NCBI GenBank assembly: GCA_964187785.1
Contig: OZ076409.1
Span: 73,906,001 to 73,970,000, forward strand
Reading direction: 5' to 3'
Source of the DNA: Amphiscolops sp. MND2022
Taxonomy: Eukaryota
DNA length: 64,000 bases
The notes below the pieces were generated by a model that was not told the origin of the DNA, searched no databases, and worked only from the letters and a program-made list of their open reading frames with translations. A program made the translations under genes and the position numbers. Every line of letters begins with the position of its first letter. Positions within the stretch are counted from its first letter, which is position 1. This document shows, piece by piece, positions 35,518 to 49,794 of the stretch.

Positions 35518-37710
35518 GTGGAGGTTATTTTATAATAATTAAAGTGTTTTTTTCCGGAGTTTGTGGCTTTGGAAAAAACAAAAGGCGAGAAATTGGGCAC
35601 TCCGGGCTGAACCGTATACACTCAAAATTCGCCCAATATTTATACGATCTCGAAACCCAGCCGTACGATTTGGCTGAAAATTTGCATGCGGCTAAAGAAT
35701 CAGATTCTAAGAATTATTTCCTGCTGACATTTTTTTGAAATTTTTGTGTACGTTTCCCCCCCGCCCCCTAAAGGGGTCAATTTTACCCAATTTTGCACTT
35801 ATGAGTCAAATTCTCAAAACTGGTGGATCTGAGCGCATTCCCGACGGGGACAACTTTTAACAAGCGCTCTTCAGTAGACCATTTTGAATTTTTACTTTGG
35901 TGGTACGTTTACCCCCCAAGGAGGAAATGGCGTTTTTGTGACTTCCGGTCGAGACTTTTTTCACCCAAAAAATAGAAATAAGCCAGTTTTGAGCAGGAAG
36001 GAGTGGATTTAAAGTGTCTGTACCCTGCTAAAAATTTGTTGGGCTTGTAGCGATATATCTCATACCAAGTCTGGTTTTCACCCCCAAACCCCCCTCGAGA
36101 CCAAAATTCACCCAAACGTTTTACCTCTATTTGTGGTTTTTTTGCACAAAATGTCGTCATTTCCATCGGCAAAGATTTGAATTAGGGGCTCCTAATAGGG
36201 TACCAAAGTTCAAGTACACTTGGAGTGCAACTAAGTGACCCTTTTTGGGCCTCTCGTGTGTTCGGCAATGACCGGAAGTGGTATTAACCCCCCTTTTTTG
36301 ACGTTTGTTGACCTTGAGACTCGTGCTTAGATGACGTTTATGTCGCGCAAATCCTACAAACCAGTATTAGGATGACATGCTAGCCAACTAGAGAGCAATA
36401 AGGGAAACTATACTATACCGGAAGTAACCCCCTCTTGACCGGAAGTTGTCATTTTTGACCGGAAATGGTCCAAAACCTAGCGTGAAAGCAGTTTTTCATT
36501 GCTTTTAAAGTCAACTTATTACTTTTTTCACTCTGCGCGAGCTTGCCTTCAGGTTCGTTAGTGTTGCCCGTGCACACTGCAACAAATATACATCTGTAAC
36601 ATTTTCGCTATAATATCGTCGGAGAGAGAAATAACGGGTTTTTGGGATTTTTTTCAAAAATATTAGTCTTTATCTGTCATTTTTACCCAACGTCGTTATT
36701 GAACAGTAGAACCATAGGGGTTAGTCTTTGCCCAAATATATGCCTAACACAAGCACTTGTCCCATTGGTTGCAGTTTGAGCGTTCTAGCTTTGCCTGGTC
36801 ACAAGTTAGGGGACTTGAAAAACTTTCAAAATCATTTCCGAAATTTTTTTCTATACGTCACGTCTCCCAAAGTTAAGAAACTTCCTCACAACTAGGACTG
36901 CAAGTGAAAGCATGTGGTAAGACCTATAAATGGAGAGAAAAACTCCGTTTAGAACGTCTCTTTATCGTAACGTGATGTTAAGAGATGTTGCTTTGAATGT
37001 GAGTTTGATAATGCGTCGAGAAGTAAAAGTGTGTAAATGGAACCTTTGTCTCGATAAATACTCATCGCAATACATGCGATGAACCCCAATTACCCTCAGT
37101 TTCAGTTGCTTAGTACATCAACGTCCTCCAAGGACATTTATCTATTTTGAAAAGTGTCGAAATCATTATTAAAATCAGTTATCAAGAAACACTTGAGTAC
37201 ATTCTCATCTCTCCCCATCGGGTGAGATGAGAATGTTCTTGCTAAAAGCCAGGTACTACGGCCCCCTTTTGTTTTGATGCGATGCATTCTCTGCTTTAGC
37301 ACATAGATATTTTATTTCGCCTCATTGTTTGTATACTCTCTGACTTGTTGTTATAAATCTCTCGTCATTACTTTACATAAATATACAACCAAAAATCATC
37401 ATCGTCACGCCACATACATTTAGACGCCCACCATTCCGTAGGTATGTCGAGGCATACCTTTCGATTACGAATGTCAAAACGCAAACGCGATAAAAAGTGC
37501 TGAATGTCTGAAACAGTGACAAACACTTTTGACTATTTGACATATGGTAGGTTTTAATATGGGAGTTACACATCACTGACATTTCACATCATTCCAGCTG
37601 ACGCCCACATACCAACAACAACGCCCACCGTCCGTGGGCATGCCGAGGCATGCCCTTCGACGACGTATGCCAATTTCTGTAAATATACACCCAATTGCGG
37701 TAGCTGCTAG
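35518..37710 (+). mobile_element. Cassette 16, family E composite (2193 bp)
   Basis: B-like left half, D-like right half, duplicated terminal module. Confidence 0.78.
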
Positions 37711-39899
37711 GTGGAGGTTATTTTATAATAATTAAAGTGTTTTTTTCCGGAGTTTGTGGCTTTGGAAAAAACAAAAGGCGAGAAATTGGGCACTCCGGGC
37801 TGAACCGTATACACTCAAAATTCGCCCAATATTTATACGATCTCGAAACCCAGCCGTACGATTTGGCTGAAAATTTGCATGCGGCTAAAAAATCAGATTC
37901 TAAGAACTATTTCCTGCTGACATTTTTTTGAAATTTTTGTGTACGTTTCCCCCCCGCCCCCTAAAGGGGTCAATTTTTCCCCAATTTTGCACTTATGAGC
38001 CAAATTCTCAAAACTGGTGGATCTGAGCGTACTCCCGGCGGGGACAACTTTTAACGCGCGCTCCTCAGTAGACCTTTTTGACTTTTAACTTTGGTGGTAC
38101 GTTCACCCCCCGAGGAGGAAATGGCGTTTTTGTGACTTCCGGTCGAGGCTTTTTTCACCCAAAAAATAGAATTAAGCCAATTTTGAGCAGGAAGGAGTGG
38201 ATTTAAAGTGCCTGTACCCTGCTAAAAATTTGTTGGGCTTGTAGCGATATATCTCATACCAAGTCTGGTTTTCACCCCCAAACCCCCCTTGGGACCAAAA
38301 TTCACCCAAACTTTTTTTACCTCTGTTTGTAGTTTTTTTTTGCAAAATGTCGTCATTTCCATGGGTAAGGAGTTGAATTAGGGGCTCCTAATAGGGTACC
38401 AATGTTCAAGTACACTTGCAGTGCAACTGAGTGACCCTTTTGGGGCCTCTCCTGTGTTCGGCGAGGACCGGAAGTGGTGTAAACCCCCCTTTTTTGACGT
38501 TTGTTGACCTTGAGACTCGCGCTTAGATGACGTTTATGTCGCGCAAATCCTACAAACCAGTATTAGGATGACATGCTAGCCTACTAGAGAGCACTAAGGG
38601 AAACTATGCTATACCGGAAGTAACCCCCCGTGACCGGAAGTTGTCATTTTTGACCGGAAATGGTCCAAAACATAGCGTAAAAGCAGTTTTCATTGCTTTT
38701 AAAGTCAACTTATTACTTTTTTCAGTCTGCGCGAGCTTGTCTTCAGATTCGTTTTTGTTGTCCGTGCACACTACAACAAATATACATCTGTAGAACTTTT
38801 GCTATAATATCGTCGGAGAGAGAAATAACGGGTTTTCGGAATTTTTTTCAAAAATGTTTGTCTATATCTATCATTTTTACCCAACGTTATTCAACAGTAG
38901 AACCACAGGGGTTAGTATCTGCCAAAATATATGCCTAACAAAACCACTCGTCCCATTGGTTGCAGTTTGAGCGTTCTAGCTTTGCCTGGTCACAAGTTGA
39001 GGGACTTCAAAAAGTTTCAAATTTTTTTGGAAAATTTTTTTTAAACGTCACGTCTCCCAAAGTTAAGAATTTTCCACACAACTAGGATTGCAAGAGAATG
39101 CACATGGTAAGACCTATAAATCGAGAGAAAAATTCCGTTCAGAACGTCTCTTTATCGTTACGTGACGTTAAAAGATGTTGCTTTGAATGTGAATTTGATA
39201 ATGCGTCGAGAAGTAAAAGAGTGTGAATGGATCCTATGTCTCGACAAATACTCATCGCAATACATACGATGAACCCCAATTACCCTCACTTTCAGTTGGC
39301 TAGTACATCAGCGTCTTCCAAGGACCGTTTACCTATTTAAAAATTGTCAAATTCATTATTAATATCAGTTAGCAAGAAATATTTGAGTACATTGTCATCT
39401 CTCCCCATCGGGTGAGATGAGAATGTTCTTGCTAAAAGTCAAGTACTACGGCCCGTTTTTGTTTTATTGCGACGTTTTCTGTGCCTTAGCACAAGGATAC
39501 TTTTATGTCATCTCACTTTTGTTATACAATCTGACTTGTTGTTATAAAATTCTCGTCATTACTTTACCTAAACTTACTACCATGCATCTTTAACGTCAAA
39601 GCCAAATTCATTTAGACGCCCACCATTCCGTAGGTATGCCGAGGTATGCCTTTCGAAGAAGTATGGCAAAACACAAACGGGCAAATGAAAAGAGCTGAAA
39701 TTCAGAAACAGTCACAAACAATTTTGACTATTTGACCGATGGTAGGTTTTTATATGGAACTTACACATCACTGACATTTCAAAACATTCCAGCTGACGCC
39801 CACTTACAAACATCAACGCCCACGGTCCGTGGGCATGCCGAGGCATGCCCTTCGACGACGTATGGCAAATACCTTTTACGACGTCCCAACTTTCCCTAG
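37711..39899 (+). mobile_element. Cassette 17, family E composite (2189 bp)
   Basis: Collinear with cassette 16. Confidence 0.78.
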
Positions 39900-42089
39900 G
39901 TGGATGGTATTTTATAACAATTAAAGTGTTTTTTTCCGGAGTTTGTGGCTTTGGAAAAAACAAAAGGCGAGAAATTGGGCACTCCAGGCTGAACCTAAAA
40001 ACACCCTAAAATTCGCCCGATTTTTTTACGATCTCGAAACCCAACCGTACGATTTGGCTGAAATTTTGCATGTGGCTCCTAATCAATGAGTAATGAAAAA
40101 GTGTAGAAGTGACTTTTTCTGACAAAATTGTTTTTGTTGCACTTTTTGCGCAATTTTTGACCGATTGTTGCGTTTTTTATGTCACTTTCGACTTTTCAGG
40201 CAAAAAACACATGGATGCTTTGATCCTAGCGCATCAGGTGTTTCGACCAAAAAGTTGCAACATGTTCTTTTACGTATGGTGAGAAAATTTGGTTGCCATC
40301 GTATTACCCCCCACTGAGATAGAGGGGGACTTCCGGTGTATTTTAGCACCCCAAAAACGAGGACCTTCTAATTTTCAGCATGAAGCGGAGGTTTTAGCGT
40401 GCTCATACCCTGCTGAAGTTTTGTTGGGCATATTGAGATATACCTGATACCATGTGTTCAGTTCACCCCCCAACACCCCCTGGACCGGAAATGAACTTTT
40501 TGTGCACTATCATACCGGAAGTCTTCAAATTCACCGTTAAGCAGTCCTTGTACGAGCAACTACCAGGATATCAAAATTGAAGTACCACCTGAGGTTAAAT
40601 TATTGACTACGTGTTGTCCAGTCCTGGGTTCCGCTATGACCGGAAACGGGGTCAAACCCCCCTTTTTGGTTGTTTTTTAACAATTTGACAAGTGTTTTGT
40701 CCACGTTCAAGTCACATAAGTCAATTGAACCAGAGTGAGCGTAAACTGTATGTTCACTGCGTAGACGTAACTGACACTGACAGATACCGGAAGTAACCCC
40801 CCGTAACCGGAAGTTGTCATTTTTGACCGGAAATGGTCCAAAATGTAGCGTAAAATCAGGTTTTCACTGCTTTTTGAAGTCAACTTAATACTTTTTTAAA
40901 TCTTCGCGAGCTTGTATTCAGGTTGATTTTCGTTTCCCGTGCACTTTGCAACAAATATACATCTTTAAAATTTTCTCTATAATATCGTCGGATAGAGAAA
41001 TATCGTGTTTTTGGGACTTTTTTCGAAAACTAATGGACTTATTCTGTCATTTTTACCCAAAGTTTTTCAACAGTACAACCACAGTGGTTAATATCTGCCC
41101 AAACATATGCCTAACAAAACTATTTGGCCCATTGGCCTCAGTTCGAGCGTTCCAACTTTGCGTGGTCATAAGCTAAGGGACTTGAAAAAAATTCAAACTT
41201 TTTCAAAAAAAAAATTTCTCACATTCATGTCTCCCAAAGTAAAGAAACTTCCACACAACTAGGATTGCAAGTGGATGCCTGTGGCAAGCCCTATAATTGA
41301 AGAAAAAAACGCCGCTAAGAACGTCTCTCTATCGTTACTTGACGTTAACATATTGTGCGTTGAATGAGAGCTCGATAAGAGGTCGAGAAGTCAAAGTGTG
41401 TAAATGGAACGTCTGTCTTGTCGAAAACTCATCGGAAAACATGCAATGAACCCCAATTGTCCTCAATTGCAGTTGCCTAGTGCAACAGCGTCTTTCTGGT
41501 ACTTTTTATTCTTTTTCATAAGTATCAAAATTATTTTTAAATCCAGTTAGCAAGAAAAAACTTGAGTACATTTTCATCTCTCCCCATCGGGTGAGATGAG
41601 AATGTTCTTGCTAAAAGCCAGGTACTACGGCCCAATTTTGTTTTCTTGCGACGCATTCTGTGCTTTAGCACATAGATACTTTTATTCCGTCTCACTTTTT
41701 GTATACACTCTAATTTGTTATTATAAATTTCTCGTCATTACTTTACCTAAACTTACTACCATGCATCTTTAACGTCAAAGCCTTGCATCTTTAACGTCAA
41801 CGACGATCACCATTCCGTAGGTATGCCGAGGTATGCCTTTCGATTACGTATGTCAAAACGCAAACGCGATAAAAAGTGCTGAAAGTCTGAAACAGTGACA
41901 AACAATTTCGACTATTTGACATATGGTAGGTTTTTATATGGAACTTACACATCACTGACATTTCACAACATTCCAGCTGACGCCCACATACCAACATCAA
42001 CGCCCACCGTCCGTGGGCATGCCGAGGCATGCCCTTCGACGACGTATGCCAGTTTTTTTATATCTACATCCAATTGCGGTAGCAGCTAG
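39900..42089 (+). mobile_element. Cassette 18, family E composite (2190 bp)
   Basis: 5' end like cassettes 16/17, then cassette-12-like, then E 3' half. Confidence 0.78.
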
Positions 42090-43477
42090 GTGGTTGGGGC
42101 GGTCCCCAGAACGCACAAGGAGGCGCGGGGAGGGTCCTGCGCCGACGTAGAATAATTTCATATAATACTAGTATCCTACATGGGTGTTTTAGAAGCGATT
42201 TTGGAATCTAACCGTAGGATTTGGATAATTTTTTGCATGCGGCCATAACTCGAAATTCTAAGAACTTTTTCCTACTGTCATTTTCCCCGCAAAATGTTTT
42301 TTGTTGACTTATGGCCGAAAAACCGGAAATAACGTCCTTTTTAGACGTTATATCCGAAGTGTCGTCATAACTTTTTTCCAGGGCATGCTAGCGTTCTCGT
42401 TCACTCTTACACTTAGTTGCAGCATCTCAAAATACAACTGGTGGAAAATTTTGATTGCATTCAGATCACCCCCCACCGAGATAGAAGGGTTCCCCCCTCC
42501 AGTTTTACCCCCCAAATTTGCGAAAAAGCCAATTTTGAGCATGAAGCCGAGGATTTAGCGTACCCGCACCCTCCTGATGTTTTGTTGTACGTATTGGGGT
42601 CAATCGGACGACATGTGTGGTTTTCACCCCCAACCCCCCCTGGGACCGGAAATGACAATTTTTTGTGTTTTTTGGCAGAAATTAGCCTTTTTCATTATTT
42701 GGCAGTCGTTTTAGGGACTTCTAGCAGGATATCGAAATTGAAATACAACCTGATCACAACCCAGTGACAACATGTTGGCCATTTGGAGGTACCATCATGA
42801 CCGGAAGTGGGGTCAACCCCCCTTTTTGTGACCGCTTTTTGACCTTGTGAACCAAAATGCCAACAACTTGAGGCCTAATGACGCATTCAAATCTGTACAA
42901 AGATAGAATGTTAGACAACCAAAGTCCCGGAAGATCTTTAGCATATACCGGCAGTTACCCCCCATGACCGGAAGTTACCCAATGTGACCGGAAATGGTCC
43001 AAAAATTAATGTAAAGTTGAATTTTTCAATATTTCAAGACCACTTGATTGAACATTTTCATTCCCAAAACTAGCGTACTGGCTTGTTTTGCTGAATTTAT
43101 GGGAATTGATGAGCTCTATCACCCCCGATAGCCTTCGAAGTTGACCTTGCGTCAACTTTGGAGGCTATCGATACTGAAAATGAACAACAAAGTACATTGT
43201 TGCTTTCGGTTTTTTCCCGTTGTTTTTCCTCAAACATTCTTGAGACATATACATGGCCGTTAGTTGAAATCAATATATAGCCCATGTTATAGCTGGAGCA
43301 GCGAAGCGTTACACAGACTAGTGTGGTTTTGAAATTACATTATTTAAATTAACATCTGACCGTATTAGTCAACTCCACACATTCATACCAACGCCCACCG
43401 TCTGTGGGCATGCCGAGGCATGCCCTTCGACGACGTATGACGAATCCACTCCAACGACACCCGCAGTCCTCAGCTAG
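42090..43477 (+). mobile_element. Cassette 19, family B (1388 bp)
   Basis: B termini. Confidence 0.8.
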
Positions 43478-45853
43478 GTGGTCGGGGTGTGTTTCCCAGC
43501 CAATTTTGCCGCGCGGGGAGGGACCCGTTCAGCGGCCCAGGTAATTATTTTTTTACATTAAAAAAAACGATACCCCGGAAAGCGATTTCGAAACCCACCC
43601 GTAGGATCCCTCTGAATTTTTGCATACACCTCCGTATAACAGTTCTAAGAAAAAGTCAGCAAGGGCGTTTTCAGTTCTAAACGGGGAATGTTGACCAAAA
43701 AGCGCAATTTATGTCCAAAAAAATGCAATTTTTCGACTTTTTTATTTTTGACGGCCTACAGCTCTTTTCCAGATGCCCGCCCAAGTCATAAACCGGAGAG
43801 AACTTTTGTTGGGCACTTCGTGAAGAATCTGTAGGGTGATTTTCGTTTCAATCCTATTTCCTGACGTTGACTTATGGTTGGGTGAAAAAACGCAACATTT
43901 GTTACAAAAAGTGCTTTTGGTACTCAAGGGCCCATAACTCGTGACATAATCAATTGAGCAAGTTCGTGTATTATTACGATTTTCTTGCCTATCTATAGGA
44001 GAACAAACAAGCAGACACAAAATTTTCTGTGGGAAATCGTCAAAAAAAGATATCACAGGTTTTATACTCAATAAAACAGTGTGTTTCGGTTATCGTGGAA
44101 AAAATGTAAAATGGTGGCATTTCTCGGCTGTTCACGGTAGCGGGTCTTTTATTGCAGTTATTAACTCGCCTCTAGTAGTCATTTACTTGGATGATTTTCA
44201 CTTTTGATAAATTGCATGATAAACTTCATTTTTTGCGTCACCAATATTGACACCCACGATTACAGTCAAATTTTTCGCGTTCACGTTTTTCAATGGATAT
44301 AACTTTTTTCCAGTGTGTTTTACGGTTCTCACACAGGAGTGCAAAATTGTTGCCCGTCTTAAATGGAAAGTATATGGTGAGTTTAGAGTAATTTGAAAGG
44401 TTTTTGAAAAGTCCAGAGATGCACAAATTTACAGTTTTTTTGCCCACAAAACACTATTTTACGAAACCCAACACTTTTTGCCAAAAAAGTCAAACTTCGT
44501 CCACACAACTTTGATTGCAAGTGGATGCATGCGAAGAGTACTTGAAATGATGAAAAAAATGAGCTATAAAACGCTCCTTTACGACAACTTGACGTGGACC
44601 GAGGATAATTTGAAAAATCACGAAAAAAAAGAACAACGGTTCCAAAACAATCAGTTTGTAGTTAATGGCCAATAACTCCATACACAACCCTCCGCGCAAG
44701 CTAGTGTCCAAGTACGTTTTTGTTACCCGTGAACAGTGCAACAAATAAGTAAAGGTAAAACATTATGTTGAATTTCGTCAGTGGAAGAAATAACGTGATT
44801 TTATATCACATTTGAGTGACAAATTTGAAAAATTAGTCTATTCCGGGCATTTTACCTAAACTTTTTCGACAGTACACATACAGGGGGTAAAATTGGCCAA
44901 ATATCATGCCTAACAAAACTATTTGATCCATTGGCCGCAATTTGAGCGTTCCACCTTTCCCAAGTCATAAATTATGGGACTTCGAAAATTTTCAAAATTT
45001 CCATTTTTCAACAAAATTTCAAATTCAGGCCCCCCAAAGGTAAGAAAGTTCCACACAACTAGGATTGCAAGTGGTTGCATGTGGAAAGTACTCGAACTGA
45101 CGAGAAAAATGGGCTTTAGAACGTCTCTCTATCGTAACCTGACGTTGACTTATGATGTTTTGAATGTGAGATTGCTACGGGGTCGAGAAGTGTAAGTGGA
45201 ACATATGTCTCGTTGAAAACTCATCGGAATACATCCAATGAACCCCAATCACCCTCAATTGCAGTTTCCTAGTGCAACAACGTCTGTCAAGGACCTTTTT
45301 TGATAAGAGTCGAAATTATTATTAAATTCAGTTAGCAAGAAACACTTGAGTACATTCTCATCTCTCCCCATCGGGGGAGATGAGAATGTACTTGCAAATT
45401 GGCCTCATTTGTTTTCATGCGAGGCATTCTGTGCTTTGGCACACATAGATAACTTTGTTTTGTCTGTCTTTTTGCATATACTTTAAATTGTCATTAGAAA
45501 TTTGCCGACTTTACTTTACGTAAAATTAACTTTCTACAATGCACCTTTAACGTCAAAGCCACATAAATTTAGACTCCTATCGTCGAAAAACATACCGCGG
45601 CATCTTTTTCGATGACGTATGCCGAAACACAAATGTGAAAAAGTGATGAGATTCAGAAACAGTGACAAACAATTTTTACTATTTGACATAAGGTAGGTTT
45701 TTATATGGAACTTACACATCACTGATATTTAATAACAATCCAGCTGACGAACACATACCAACATCACCGCCCACCGTCCGTAGGCATGCCGAGGCTTGCC
45801 TTTCGACGACGTATGCCTAATCCACTCCCCGACGCCCCCACTCCCCCGTCTAG
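43478..45853 (+). mobile_element. Cassette 20, family F (2376 bp)
   Basis: Junction-bounded; E-like 3' half; CCACACAACT block present twice. Confidence 0.75.
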
Positions 45854-47240
45854 GTGGTCGGGGCGGTCCCCAGAACGCACATGGAGGCGCGGGGAGGGTC
45901 CTGCGCCGACGTAGAATAATTTCATAAAATACTAGTATCCTACATGGGTGTTTTAGAGGCGATTTTGGAATCTAACCGTACGATTTGGATAATTTTTTGC
46001 ATGCGGCCATAACTCGAAATTCTAAGAACTTTTTCTTACTGTCATTTTCCCCGCAAATTGTTTTTTGTTGACTTATGGCCGAAAAACCGGAAATAACGTC
46101 CTTTTTAAACGTTATATCCGAAGTGTTGTCATAACTTTTTTCCAGGGCATGCTAGCGTTCCCGTTCACTTTTACACTTAGTTGCAGCATCTCAAAATACA
46201 ACTGGTGGAAAATTTTGGTTGCATTCGGATCACCCCCCACCGAGATAGAAGGGTTCCCCCCTCCAGTTTTACCCCCCAAAATTGAGAAAATACCAATTTT
46301 GAGCATGAAGCCGTGGATTTAGCGAATCCTTACCCCCCTATTGTTTTGTCGGACGTATTAGGGTCAATCTGGCGACATGTGTGGTTTTCACCCCCAACCC
46401 CCCCTGGGACCGGAAATGACATTTTTTGTGTTTTTTGACAAAAATTAGCCTTTTTGATTAGTTGGCAGTCGTTTTTGGGCCTCCTAGCAGGATATCGAAG
46501 TTGAAATACAACTTGATCACAACCCAGTGACAACATGTTGGCCAGTTGCAGGTACCATCATGACCGGAAGTGGGGTCAAACCCCCTTTTTGTGACCGCTT
46601 TTTGACCTTGTGCACCAAAATGCCAACAACTTGAGGCCTAATGACGCATTCAAATCTGTACAAAGATAGAACGTTAGACAACGGAAGTCCCGGAAGCTCT
46701 TTAGCATATACCGGAAGTCACCCCCCATGACCGGAAGTTGTCCAATGTGACCGGAAATGGTCCAAAAATTCATGTAAAATTAATTTTTTCACTTATTGAA
46801 TACCACTTCGTTGAACATTTTCAATCCCAAAACTAGCGTACTAGCTGGTGGCGTTGAATTTATGGAAATTGAGGAGCTTTATCACCCCCGATAGCCTTCG
46901 AAGTTGACCTTGCGTCAACTTTGGAGGCTATCGATTCTGAAAATGAACAACAAAGTACTTTGTTGCTCTCGTTTTTTTCCGTTTTTTTCCTCAAATATTG
47001 TTGAGACATACACATGGCCGTTAGTTAAAATCAATATTTTAGCCCATGTTATAGCGTGAGTAGCGAAGCGTTACACAGGCTGGTGTGGTTTTGAACTATA
47101 ATTATTTTAAAATAAAAAAAGACCATCTTAGTCAACTCCACACATTCATACCAACGCCCACCGTCTGTGGGCATGCCGAGGCATGCCCTTCGACGACGTA
47201 TGACGAATCCACTCCAACGACACCCGCAGTCCTCAGCTAG
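45854..47240 (+). mobile_element. Cassette 21, family B (1387 bp)
   Basis: B termini. Confidence 0.8.
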
Positions 47241-48507
47241 GTGCCGGGATTTCCATTCGATAAGGAATTCTGCGCGTGTGGGTAGGGCCCCTGGCGCGCT
47301 CCTGTGTTTTCGGTTTTCCTACTCCAAATTCACACCCCAGTTATCTCCGATCTCGTAAACTATCCATACGATTTGGCTGAAATTTGGCACACAGCTCCGT
47401 TGGAACATTGTAAGAACAAATCCCTACTGACGTTTTGCCCGCTAAACATTTTATGTTGGTCAAAAATGCGATTTTCCGACAAAATTTTTGACTTTTTTTT
47501 CTTTTTCAACTCATATCTCGCCACAGGGTCACGCTAGCGCTTTGCAACCTATGATCCTTTTTTGTAGGGCATTGCATGTAGAACACGTATGCCAAATTTG
47601 GTGGCGATCGGACTTAAACTCAGCGAGATAGAGCCATTTTTCAGGTGCATTTTTTGACATTTTTTGCATTTGCTGATATATCTTTGCCGTTTTTTGCCCA
47701 GATTTTTTTTGAGACACTCTCCTAAAGACCTCCCCTGGCCGGTTTACCTCCCAGCAAAACCATTTGGCCCTAAATACGAAGTTTCAGCGTTCTAGCAATC
47801 CCGGGCGAAAAATTATGGGACTTAGAAAATTTTTTTGAAAACGCAAAATGTGTAAAGTCAACTTCAGGCCTCCCAAAGTCAAGGAACTTTCACACAACTA
47901 GGATTGCAAGTGGATGCATGTGGAAAGTACTGGGATAGACGAGAAAAATGAGCTATAGAACGACTCTGTAGCATAACTTGACGTTGACTTATGATGTTTT
48001 GAATGTGTGCTTGCTAAGGGGTCCGAAATTGAAAATTTTTAAAGAAAATTAATATCGTCAAAAATTCATCGAAATGCCTGCAATATACAGTAGAGCGTGT
48101 TCAATTGTAGCTGACTAATGCATCAACGCAACTCAAGGTCTTTTAACTCAGTTTCAAATTTTTTTACACTGTATTATCCATCCGAGAGATCGAAACAGTT
48201 GAGTACATTCCATCTCCCTCCCGGGGGAGATGAGAATGTACTCGCTAAAGTCCAGATACTACAGCCCATATTTGTTTCTCTGCAACGCCATCTAAGCTAC
48301 TGCACATAACTACTATGCTTAAGACTGAATTTTGCCTTCACTTTGACTTGACATATGCTGAAGGTTTGATCCTTACACACATCAACATTACCTGAACAAA
48401 ACAATCCTAACATCAACGCCCCACACTCACATCAACGCCCACCGTCCGTGGGCATGCCGAGGCATGCCCTTCGACGACGTATGCCAAATGAGCGCGGTAG
48501 CCGCTAG
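47241..48507 (+). mobile_element. Cassette 22, family D (1267 bp)
   Basis: Junction-bounded; related to cassettes 5 and 7. Confidence 0.8.
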
Positions 48508-49794
48508 GTGCCGGGATTTCTATTCGATAAAGTATGTGGCGCGTGTGGGTAGGGTCCCTGGCGCGCTCTTGGGTATGGTGTTCACCAGCTAGGAAATAGG
48601 GGTCGATTTTTCGGGATCTCCTAAACTAGCCACACGATTTGGCTGAAATTTGGCACACGTACCCCCCTCGGCACGGTGAAGATGATTTCCTACTGACGTT
48701 TTTCCCGCAAAATTTTTTTTGTTGTCCAAAATAACGGTTTTTGGGGTAAAATTTTGAATTTTTTTTAAATTTTATCTTATATCTCGCCACCGGTTTACGC
48801 TAGCGCTTGAAAACCCTGCTAAAGAAAGCTTGCAAACTGTCTCAGGAATGCGTTGTGAAATTTTCAGCTCAATCGGACTCAAACTCGGGGAGATATAGCG
48901 TTTTTCCGGAGCGGGGGGGTTTCATTTTTCTAACGGTCCAGCTTATCTTTGCCATTTTTTCGAAAATGCACTCGCCTAAAGGCCTCCCCTGGCCGGTTTT
49001 ATTCCCAGCAAAACCATTTGGCCCTAAATACGGAGTTTCAGCGTTCCAGCATTCCCGGGCGAAAAGTTGTGGGACTTAGAAAAGTTCAAAAATTTTCAAA
49101 AAAAATTTTTTCCGTTATTTGGGCCCCCAAAGTGGGGGAAAAGACCCCCCAACCAGGAAGGCAAGTAAATGCATGTGGAAAGCCCTTGTTTAGAGGAGAA
49201 AAATGCCGTTTAGAACGTCTTTTTATCTTGGCTCAACGTTGACTTATGACGTTTTGAAGGTGATGTTTGGAGGTGTAAAGCACGAGAATAGTAAACGTTA
49301 TGAGTATTTATCTGATCTGAAAGCCATTGAGATGCAATATGGTTTGCTCAAAACGTAATTCATGGCAGTTTAGCAATCAATCAACACCCTTTGTTGTAGT
49401 TTGACATACTTTTTTGTTGTTATAATAAAAAATTTTGTGTATTTATTCATTTTTTTCTCATCAAATAACTTGAAACAGTTGAGTACATTCCATCCCCCCT
49501 TTCCGGGGGAGATGAGAATGTACTCGCAAAAAGCACCGAACTACGGCCCTTACCTTCCCGAGCTACGCAGTATAAGGATTACATATTGGTTCCGACATTT
49601 TCATAGAGTTAAATCTTGGTAATCTGTCTGGATATGCAGAAAAATCAGCACGTGCCTTTTAATATCAAGTTGCTTACAACGGCAATTATTTTATATCAAC
49701 GCCCCCATATTTATCAACGCCCCCCGTCCGTGGGCATGCCGAGGCATGCCCTTCGACGACGTATACCAAGTTATGCGTTAACGCGTTAGCCTAG
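48508..49794 (+). mobile_element. Cassette 23, family D (1287 bp)
   Basis: Junction-bounded; diverged 3' half. Confidence 0.78.
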
